Assembly: GCA_030141605.1 (NCBI GenBank)
Contig: JAQGDQ010002111.1
Coordinates: 1 to 14,604, forward strand
Reading direction: 5' to 3'
DNA from: Tubiluchus corallicola
Lineage: Eukaryota > Animalia > Priapulida
Length of the DNA: 14,604 bases
Shown piece by piece: positions 1 through 8,604 of this stretch (within the stretch, counting starts at the first letter, position 1; every line of letters starts with the position of its first letter). The notes beneath the pieces were generated by a model. It saw only the letters and a program-made list of their open reading frames with translations, was not told the DNA's origin and searched no databases. Both the position numbers and the translations under genes were made by a program.

Positions 1-90
1 AGGCTAATGAAATTATCCCCCTCGAACGGGCCCACCCTCTCGCTGTACCCGTCTTGAATATAGTCACTGGTTGTAATGCGATTATGAATT

Positions 91-692
<602 letters not shown>

Positions 693-704
693 TTCAAAAC
701 TTAC

Positions 705-861
705 CCTGGGTTGCGCTCATCTCAACTTTTCTTCGCTTGTGCTCCCACGTGCCACCCTCTGTCTCCTCATCGCTGTCGTACTCGTACTTTGGCTTCCCGG
801 ACATGGCCGCCGCTTCCAGAGCTTTCTTCTTGGTCATCATCTGCTGGTACAGCTTCGTCAT
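705..861 (-). CDS. SUGP1: SUGP1 coding exon 7 (MTKLYQQMM...[31 protein letters not shown])
   Basis: Acceptor gtttttcag| at 861, donor CAGG|gtaagt at 704; contains the YDSDEE...GTWEH motif that precedes the G-patch region in SUGP1. Confidence 0.93.
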
Positions 862-3800
862 CTGAAAAACAGAGGTTTTCCGAATCACCGTCGCTGTCAT
901 CATGGTCATAGTCGTTGTCGTAGTCGTCATTGTTCTTGTATTTCGTTCGTGTATTGTGTACCAAATGCTGATTCAAACTAGTGATTACAAGTCTCATTCT
1001 TAATCGGCTCGTCTTAAGACAGATAAAAGAACAAAAAACGGGGAACTGAGGAGAGCAGGGGAAAGGACAGGAGAGGGAGAGCCAGAAAAGGTGAGAAGAG
1101 GAGAGGAAAGGGGAGAGAAGGAGAGGAGAGGAGAGGAGAGGAGAGAGGAGAGAAGACAAGAGAAGAGAGAAGAGAAGAGAGAAGACAAGAGAAGAGAGGA
1201 GAGGAGAGGAGAGGAGAGGAGAGGAGAGGAGAGGAGAGGAGAGGAGAGGAGAGAAGAGAAGAGAAGAGAAGAGAAGAGAAGAGAAGAGAGAAGAGAAGAG
1301 AAGAGAAGAGAGGAGAGGAGAGGAGAGGAGAGAAGAGAAGAGAAGAGAAGAGAAGAGAAGAAAAGAGAAAAGAGAAAAGAAGAGAAGAGAAGAAAAGAAA
1401 AGAAAAGAAAAGAAAAGAAAAGAAAAGAAAAGAAAAGAAAAGAAAAGAAAAGAAAAGAAAAGAAAGAAAAGAAAAGAGAAGAAAAAAAGAAAGAAAAGAA
1501 CTTAAAAGAGGAAAAGAGAGAAAGAAGAGAAGTAAGAAAGAGAAGAGTAAGCAGACAAGACAGATAGACAACAGGAAGTACGACAGGAAATCTATAAAAC
1601 CTCCTGGTTACTACAAACATCATGCACTACTAGAGCTCCTACCTGCTGCTGTTCCCAAATCTGTCGCTTCTGTGAATCGCTGAGCTCCGAACTTCCCACC
1701 ATGTTGACATTAGAGGGTAAAGAACCAATTCCAATATTACTCCAAGGATTTGCTAAACAAATGACACAAATTAGTGACTTGTAAAAAAACCTGATTGCTA
1801 AAACTAATAATAAGAAGAGAAGAGAAGAGAAGAGAAAAGAAGAGAAGAGAAGAGGAGAGAAGGAAAGAGAAGAGAAGAGAAGAGAAGAGAAGGGAACAAA
1901 AGGGAAGGGAAGGGAAGAGGAGGGAAGAGAAGAGAAGAGAAAAGAAAGGAAAAGAAATAAAGAAGTTGTAATTACTAAAATAATTAAATCAGTTGTAATT
2001 ACTAAAATAATTAAATCAGTTGTAATTACTAAAATAATTAAATCAGTTGTAAATAAATGAATCTAAACTTTACCAGGTTGACTGGTTTGCAATACTGTAG
2101 GAGGAGGAATCGCAGATTTCTCTTCTTCTGGCCCCCAGCGGCTTCTCTTTCGCTTCCCGGCAGCACTTTTTGGGTCCGTTTCTTCTTCTGCTTCTTTCTT
2201 TATCACTTTCTCTTCAGTTTTTGCAGCGAATGTTTCAGCGATGCATTGTTTGAAGTATTTGTATGCACGACATGTGGGTTGATACAAGAACCTAGACAAG
2301 CAAGTGAAAAGGTACGATTTAATATGTGAATAAGGGTGGCTACGATCTGCACAATCTGGGAAGACGAGAGAAAAGAAGAAAATAGGGTAACTGAGGAGAG
2401 CAGGGAAAAGGACAAGAAAGAGAAGAAGGGACAGGAGAAGGGGAGCCAGGAAAGGAGAGAAGTGGAGAGGAAGGGAGAGAGAAGGAGAGGAGAGGAGAGG
2501 AGAGGAGAGAGGAGAGGAGGAGAAAAGAGAAGAGAGAAGAGAAAAGAAGAGATGAGAAAAGAAGAGAAGAGAAGAGAAGAGGAGAAGAGAGAATAGAATA
2601 GAATAGAAGAGAATAGAAGAAAAGAGAAGAAAAGAGAAGAAAAAAAAGAAAAGAAAAGAAAAGAACAGAAAAGAAAAGAAAAGAAAAGAAAAGAAAAGAA
2701 AAGAAAAGAAAAGAAAAGAAAAGAAAAGAAACAAAAAGGAAAGGAAAAGAAAATAAAAGAGAAGAAAAATGAAAAAAAAGAAAAAAAAGAAAATAAAATA
2801 AAAAAGAAAAGAGGAAAAGAGAGAGAAAAGAGAAGAAGTGAGAAAGAGAAGAGTAAGCAGACAAGAAAAATAAAATAAAAAATTCAATCATTGCATTTGA
2901 CACTAAAGAGACTCACACAAATAAAATGAATGAGAGAGTCAAAATTAAAACAAATCAAGGTTTGATAAGAATTTGTACCTGGTTATTTGCTTACCAGAAT
3001 GCTGGATTGTCCTTATTTTGTGCCTTGGCAGCTTCTTCCACTTCCGATCCGCCTTCTGCCACGAACTCCGCCAGCTTCTTGACGACGGCGACCAGCTCTT
3101 TGTCTTCTGGTGGAGAGACTAGAAGGACTTCTGTGAGTAATTCTACTCAACGACTTTCTACGGTCAATGCATTCATACGAGACTTTAAAGCATCTGAACT
3201 ACGCAATCACACGAGTCCTTTACAAAGCCACAGTTAATGCTGTGGCCACCAGGGGGCTGCGCATACTTGCTCTTGAGCTTAGAAAACTTACTTTCCCGCC
3301 ATTTTCTTATTTCAAAATACAGTCGCCCCTCGTTAAACCGGACCACGTTAGCCCGGATAGCGGGATAAGACGGATGTCATATGTGAGTGTTAGCTACTTC
3401 TGACTACTTAATGAGTTCTTTAGCTACTTCTGACCACTAAATGAGTGCTTTAGCTACTTCTGACCTACTTCTGACATATACTTCTGAAGTATATAAAAAC
3501 TGTCTGCAATTGACTCAAATAACTCCGCACAATTGATTCTATATTTTCATACATAGAGATATACACGTGGTTACAGTGATGTACGTGATGTAAACAAAGT
3601 GACGGCCTGCCAACTACAAAAATGGCACTAGTGGTCTTCCAAAAACTCGGAATTCCGCGTATCCGCGGAAAATTCTCATCCCTGCTCTTCTCTTATCCTA
3701 GGCACCTAGCAGATGCTACCCAAGCTTAGCATATACGGGCTCGGCAGGGCCGATGATTGTATAAGAAGTTATTAAACTGACGGTAAACAGACCCTCTCTG

Positions 3801-6800
3801 CTCCTAGTTACACGAAAAAGCAGTAATAACGCAGCTATGTAACTAGTAGAAACCTCAAAGCTGAAGTTTGTCACGTGAAACAGTTGAGAAGTTGCAAGTG
3901 ACGGAGGATCTTACAGAAATTAGGAAATAAAATCAGCGCTAGAGTTAAAATGCAGTGGAAATTAATTAACTATACAAGCTACATCACCTGCTTATCTATG
4001 GATCTGCACTTCGATTCTGACCATTAAATGAGTTATTTAGCTACTTCTGACCATTAAATGAGTTATTTAGCTACTTCTGACCACTAAATGAGTTCTTTAG
4101 CTACTTCTGACCATTAAATGAGTTATTTAGCTACTTCTGACCATTAAATGAGTTCTTTAGCTACTTCTGACCATTAAATGAGTTCTTTAGCTACTTCTGA
4201 CCATTAAATGAGTTCTTTAGCTACTTCTGACTATTAAATGAGTTCTTTAGCTACTTCTGACTATTAAATGAGTTCTTTAGCTACTTCTGACTATTAAATG
4301 AGTTCTTTAGCTACTTCTGACCACTAAATGAGTTCTTTAGCTACTTTTGACTATTAAATGAGTTATTTAGCTACTTCTGACCATTAAATGAGTTCTTTAG
4401 CTACTTCTGACATTAAATGAGTTATTCTGACCATAAATGAGTCTTTAGCTACTTCTGACCACTAAATGAGTTCTTTAGCTACTTCTGACCACTAAATGAG
4501 TTCTTTAGTTAGCTACTTTTGACTATTAAATGAGTTCTTTAGCTACTTCTGACTATTAAATGAGTTATTTAGCTACTTCTGACTATTAAATGAGTTCTTT
4601 AGCTACTTCTGACCATTAAATGAGTTCTTTAGCTACTTCTGACCATTAAATGAGTTATTTAGCTACTTCTGACCATTAAATGAGTTCTTTAGCTACTTCT
4701 GACTATTAAATGAGTTATTTAGCTACTTCTGACTATTAAATGAGTTCTTTAGCTACTTCTGACCATTAAATGAGTTCTTTAGCTACTTCTGACTGTTAAA
4801 TGAGTTCTTTAGCTACTTCTGACCATTAAATGAGTTCTTTAGCTACTTCTGACATAAATGAGTTCTTTAGCACCCATAAATGAGTTATTTAGCTACTTCT
4901 GACCATTAAATGAGTTCTTTAGCTACTTCTGACTATTAAATGAGTTATTTAGCTACTTCTGACTGTTAAATTAGTTCTTTAGCTACTTCTGACTGTTAAA
5001 TGAGTTATTTAGCTACTTCTGACTATTAAATGAGTTCTTTAGCTACTTCTGACCATTAAATGAGTTCTTTAGCTACTTCTGACTATTAAATGAGTTCTTT
5101 AGCTACTTCTAACCGTTAAATGAGTTCTTTAGCTACTTCTGACTGTTAAATGAGTTCTTTAGCTACTTCTGACCATTAAATGAGTTCTTTAGCTACTTCT
5201 GGCCATTAAATGAGTTCTTTAGCTACTTCTGACCATTAAATGAGTTCTTTAGCTACTTCTGACCATTAAATGAGTTCTTTAGCTACTTCTGACCATTAAA
5301 TGAGTTCTTAAGCTACTTCTGACCATTAAATGAGTTCTTTAGCTATTTAAGGACGTCCGAGACAGCTATTTACCTTTGGTGCCCTTTGCTGGTTTCTCTT
5401 CTGAGACAGGAATGTCGAAAATCTGTGATAAGTCAGTACCATTTTTACCGCTACTTGTTTTACTGCTTGCACCCCCTCCATTCGCAGACTGTGACTTACT
5501 GTCACCTGAAATCATATTGCCAAAAAAATGGTAAATAAAACAGACAACAAAAATTGGGTCTGGCTTTGGCCAGGCAATGATTGAATTTTTTATTTTATTT
5601 TTCTTGTCTCCTTACTCTTCTCTTTTTCTCTTCTTTTCTCTTCTCTTTTCTTCTCTTCTCCTCATCTCTTCTCTTCTCTCTTTTCCTCTTCTCTTCTGTT
5701 TTCTTTTCTTTTCTTCTCTTCTCTTCTCTTCTCCTCATCTCTTCTCTTCTCTTCTCTCTTTTCCTCTTCTCTTCTCTTCTGTTTTCTTTTCTTTTCTTTT
5801 CTTCTCTTCTCTTCTCTTCTCCTCATCTCTTCTCTTCTCTGTTTTCCTCTCTTGTCATCTCCTCTCCTCCTCTCCTCTCCTTACCTGGCTCCCCCTCTCC
5901 TATCCTTTTCTCCCTCTCTTGCCCTTTTACCTGCTCTCGTCTGTTCCCCTTTTTTCTTCTTTTCTTCTTGTCTCTTCTTTTCTCTGGTTTTCTCGGGCAA
6001 GCTGCGGGCATCAATTCACACAATAAACTCATTTTTGATTTTAAACGAACTCTGACACAACCAATCGTTAGAAAAACATACAACATGAAAAATGCATCGT
6101 TTCTTCGACACGGTAAAAAGTCCTAAGATAACTTGGGAAATCCAGTTAAAGATTAGTTAAAGTTAGTCTAACTTGGGAAACAAATTAGAAAATAAACAAA
6201 AATCTACTATGACGCATTCATAAAGACTCAAGGCTGGTCACAAAAAAATGCCGTTTCTCTTTTACCTTGTGAGCTCAAGAATGGCAGCACGGGGGGAAGA
6301 AAAATATAAAAAAAAATTATTATCCGGATTATTCCAGGATATTTATCCGGAATGAAAAAACAGAAGTATTTTTATTGCTGGCATGATACCGTGAGGATGA
6401 CATAGAATAAGCATCATTGTTAACATATTTACTGGCTATATTTTATAATTACAATTCACATGATACATACAATAGATGCACATACATGCATAAATAATGC
6501 TAACAGGGATGAGAATGACAAATTGCAAAAAACTCTGAAACAGGCCGGGAATTTTGGGGCCACCTAGGCCGCAATGGGGTTGAGGGCAAAGCCCCCTCGA
6601 AGCCAGCAACAAATTGCAATTTTGTGACCATAGAGAGCCTCTAAGTGGACATAAAATATCAATTACCTTGTTTCATGCATAATTTAAAATACTCAACTAT
6701 CAAGGATACATGATACCTAATTGTCTCAAAAATGCCTAAGTACTGGCCACTCCTATGTAAAAGTAAATAAAAACTGTCTGCAATTGACTCAAATAACTCC

Positions 6801-8245
6801 GCACAATTTATTCTATACTTTTATACATAGAGATATACACGTGGTTACACTGATGTACGTGATGTAAACAAAGTGACGGCCTGCCAACTAGCGGTCAGCT
6901 TGTGAAATAATGTACTGGGTCCGTAAAAATTTTCTCAACGAATTTACGCGATTTACAAAAATGGCACTACTGGTCTTCTAAAAACTCGGAATTCTAAAAA
7001 TTCTCATCCCTGCACTATAAAAGCATATACTACGTTAGCAACAGCACAATGAAAACAATGATATTAAACCTGCTTTAAACTATCCCATGTGACATTCCTT
7101 CAACTTCAAACTGAAAAATATAAAATATAAGTTACCTGAGGGCGGTTCGTACAACTTCTTGAATTTGTCCATAAAGCTCCCATCATTAGCGAGCAGACTT
7201 TGCTGCAATCCTTGCGGTAGATTTTGAGACGGCCCCTGCGGTGGTGCGGGCGGTGCGCTTGACGAAGCAGCAGCAGCATTATCGACCGGCTTCTTCTTTT
7301 TGTCAAACCTGTGGACGATCAAAAAGTGCAAACATGTATGCAAGTATAATGTATATTGTAAAGCGTAAATATAGTAAATATATATACACATATAACTATA
7401 TAAATATAAATATATTTAACTTTCTGTACCATCTGTAACACGTTTTTACAGCAAGACGGCATATCTTCAGTACTGACAGCAAGACGGCATATCTTCAGTA
7501 CTGACAACTATGAAGCTTTAAGGTTTCCATGCACAATCAATCAAAATGTCAAAGCGTAAACTAAATGAAACCAAATTTAATTTAATAATTTATGAAATTT
7601 AGGCAATAAAGATATTTGCAAAATAAAATTCGTAAATTTTTTGAAACTTCATGACCTTTAACCATAAACAATTGTTCTACTTTTTGGGGTAGGATCTTTT
7701 GCCTAGCTACTTCGTCATGCTTGCATTAGAGCCAATATAAGCAAACAAGCAAAAACAAGCAAGAACAAGCAAAAACAAAATAGTTCAGAATTTTTTCAGT
7801 TTGGTTGATTTCAGTTCGGTTTCGGTATCGGTATCGGTTTCCTATGTTTCATAAATTTTGGTTTCGGTTTCTAATTTCAGTTTTGGTAACATCCCTGCTT
7901 ACAGCCATGTATGAAAGCCTCGAAGAGTCATAATGATGCATAAAACGCATCGAGCTTTCAGTTGCAAGCTTCTCTCTGGCTTAAATTTACTTTCAATACA
8001 TAAAATAAAAAAGAAACTTGATTAAATTCAAACTGCCAAAAAAATGAAACCGCTCACAATTTGCAGGTCATAACAATTGGCTTTACGCCTCCCGTCTTTT
8101 GGCTAGAACCACTACGGGCTGACGCAAGCCTGCCTTGCATTTCCTGCCGCGAAAGCTTGCGTTCTATCTCAAGGCGTTTCTGTTCGATAATCTCTCGCTG
8201 CTTGTCCATCTGGCGAGAACGTTCAGTGGTATTCTTCGTGGCCAT
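705..8245 (-). CDS. SUGP1: SURP and G-patch domain-containing protein 1 (splicing factor 4) orthologue; 7 coding exons in the window, 3' part (G-patch) continues beyond position 1
   Basis: join(complement 8058-8245,7136-7308,5374-5505,2995-3118,2074-2291,1643-1752,705-861). All introns are GT-AG with matching phases (2,1,1,2,1,0,1) and the frame stays open. The product carries SUGP1 motifs in the recalled order: [27 protein letters not shown] domain [69 protein letters not shown]. Confidence 0.95.
1016..1560 (+). repeat. Purine-pentamer interspersed element, copy A (intron 6)
   Basis: Head GGGGAACTGAGGAGAGCAGGG...GAGCCAG, core (GAGGA)n-(GAAGA)n-(GAAAA)n, tail GAGAAGAGTAAGCAGACAAGA; head and tail are shared with the copies at 2361 and 5574. 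Confidence 0.9.
1643..1752 (-). CDS. SUGP1: SUGP1 coding exon 6 (NPWSNIG...[19 protein letters not shown])
   Basis: Branch-like CACTAAT plus tttgtttag| acceptor at 1752, donor CAG|gtagga at 1642; matches SUGP1 VG.TELSD.QK.Q..EQQ. Not present in the ORF track. Confidence 0.9.
1812..1963 (+). repeat. Polypurine pentamer tract (GAAGA/GAAGG)n, intron 5; lacks the conserved head and tail
   Basis: Directly visible. Confidence 0.9.
1964..2052. repeat. 27-bp tandem repeat AGTTGTAATTACTAAAATAATTAAATC x3.3
   Basis: Three perfect copies plus an 8-bp partial. Confidence 0.95.
2074..2291 (-). CDS. SUGP1: SUGP1 coding exon 5, end of SURP domain plus [11 protein letters not shown]-ligand-type motif
   Basis: Acceptor gtctag|G at 2291, donor CCTG|gtaaag at 2073; encodes [15 protein letters not shown] and [13 protein letters not shown]. 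Confidence 0.93.
2361..2894 (+). repeat. Purine-pentamer interspersed element, copy B (intron 4)
   Basis: Same head as copy A; core (GAGGA)n-(GAAGA)n-(GAATA)n-(GAAAA)n; tail ...GTAAGCAGACAAGAAAAATAAAATAAAAAATTCAATCATTGC. Confidence 0.9.
2995..3118 (-). CDS. SUGP1: SUGP1 coding exon 4, N-terminal part of SURP domain ([42 protein letters not shown])
   Basis: Acceptor ccttctag| at 3118 (alternative in-frame cag| at 3130), donor TG|gtaagc at 2994; SURP/SWAP consensus KLA.FVA.GG. Confidence 0.93.
3243..3257 (+). promoter_or_regulatory. CTCF core motif match TGGCCACCAGGGGGC
   Basis: 15-bp match to the canonical CTCF consensus TGGCCACCAGGGGGCGC; sequence match only, binding not shown. Confidence 0.5.
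3318..3375 (+). mobile_element. Truncated pogo/Tigger-like (Tc1/mariner superfamily) transposon end
   Basis: TA+CAGTCGCCCCTCGTTAAACCGG resembles the TA+CAGT...CCTCGTTA end of the MITE at 8605, with CCGGA-type subterminal words; no partner TIR found. Confidence 0.5.
3389..3487. repeat. Detached ~3 degenerate units of the 30-bp minisatellite
   Basis: TTAGCTACTTCTGAC...AATGAGT units match the array at 4015-5346. Confidence 0.9.
3487..3684 (+). mobile_element. Right-end fragment of an hAT (Ac-like TIR) MITE, paralogous to 6761-7012
   Basis: Near-identical to 6761-7012 apart from a ~65-bp deletion and a small indel; ends in ATTCTCATCCCTG. Confidence 0.8.
4015..5346. repeat. 30-bp minisatellite, consensus TTTAGCTACTTCTGACCATTAAATGAGTTC, about 44 copies, intron 3
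   Basis: Head-to-tail units without spacers, a few variable positions and deleted units near 4410-4510 and 4850-4880. Confidence 0.98.
5374..5505 (-). CDS. SUGP1: SUGP1 coding exon 3 (low-complexity linker [11 protein letters not shown]...PAKGTK), symmetric phase 1-1, 132 nt
   Basis: Acceptor atttcag|GT at 5505, donor AAAG|gtaaat at 5373, open frame, phases fit exons 2 and 4. It has little recognisable homology, so support is mainly from splice signals. Confidence 0.75.
5574..5990 (-). repeat. Purine-pentamer interspersed element, copy C, inverted (intron 2)
   Basis: 5574-5625 is the reverse complement of 2843-2894 with 1 mismatch in 52; the other end matches the GGGGAAC.GA.GAGAGCAGG...GAGCCAGG head. 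Confidence 0.9.
6504..7012. mobile_element. Non-autonomous hAT-type DNA transposon (MITE), ~509 bp
   Basis: Perfect 13-bp TIRs CAGGGATGAGAAT (6504) / ATTCTCATCCCTG (7000-7012), similar to the Ac/Ds terminus CAGGGATGAAA. The 8-bp TSD is not convincing (AATGCTAA vs CACTATAA). Confidence 0.7.
7136..7308 (-). CDS. SUGP1: SUGP1 coding exon 2 (FDKKKKPVD...[19 protein letters not shown])
   Basis: Acceptor ccacag|G at 7308, donor G|gtaact at 7135; contains the conserved NDGSF motif. Confidence 0.9.
7448..7506. repeat. Perfect 28-bp tandem duplication ACAGCAAGACGGCATATCTTCAGTACTG x2
   Basis: Directly visible, with ACA microhomology at the junctions. Confidence 0.95.
7795..7897. mobile_element. Solo hAT-like transposon end with subterminal (TTTCGG/TATCGG) repeats
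   Basis: Ends in AACATCCCTG (reverse complement CAGGGATGTT) and is preceded by clustered TCGGT words as in Ac-family subterminal repeats; no matching left end. Confidence 0.55.
8058..8245 (-). CDS. SUGP1: SUGP1 coding exon 1 ([31 protein letters not shown]...)
   Basis: ATG at 8245 in GCCATGG Kozak context; donor TT|GTGAGC at 8057; phase 2 matches the next exon; resembles the SUGP1 N-terminal QEELIAQKKREIE segment. Confidence 0.85.
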
Positions 8246-8381
8246 GGCTATAAATACGAACGAACAAACGGTTAAAAGAAATTATAAATACAATCACGGA
8301 TAAGTTCCAATTATTTAATACAAAAAGATTTAAAACTATAAATTGTTCATCGCGCATCAAATCGTATTTTGCCACTGGAAT

Positions 8382-8435
8382 AAAATGGCGCGCACACGTG
8401 GAACAAAACAAAAATGGCGCACACTCTCGGAACAA
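8382..8435. promoter_or_regulatory. Candidate SUGP1 proximal promoter: two AAAATGGCG (YY1-type) motifs in an imperfect ~29-bp tandem, plus a CACGTG E-box
   Basis: AAAATGGCGC at 8382 and 8411, CACGTG at 8395; CpG-containing patch ~140-190 bp upstream of the ATG. Confidence 0.45.
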
Positions 8436-8604
8436 AAAACACAATATGCAAAATCTTCGTGACATAGTTTTACAGAAATTCACTATACATTGGGCTTGCT
8501 TTTGAAATGAAATAAGCAATTATTGCTAGTCCTTGTAAGTATTATTTAATGCTGAAACAGTGGTATTATTATAAAGGCTGTAAATAAATTTTACACGGGA
8601 AGTA

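Noticed and set aside
1-90. Next SUGP1 exon (expected to begin like EWA...GKH.IGDFLP)
   Set aside because: No suitable acceptor or matching peptide; the exon must lie outside the window.
862-935. Acidic [13 protein letters not shown] or poly-Thr reading upstream of exon 7
   Set aside because: Degenerate tri/hexanucleotide repeat in intron 6; exon 6 joins in frame at the strong acceptor at 861 and SUGP1 homology is continuous without it.
1000-2903. Long F/S/L-rich and R/E/K-rich ORFs (also 5577-6126)
   Set aside because: Stop-free by composition of the purine pentamer repeats; only the 2074-2291 portion of ORF 2063-2887 is a real exon.
4015-5346. 30-bp repeat array as a CRISPR array or coding repeat
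   Set aside because: Units are contiguous with no unique spacers, there are no cas genes, the context is a eukaryotic intron, and there are stops in all frames.
6504-7897. One large hAT element capturing exon 2 (left TIR 6504, right TIR 7897)
   Set aside because: The ends match over only 8 bp, the flanks show no TSD, and the 13-bp perfect partner at 7012 explains the left TIR.
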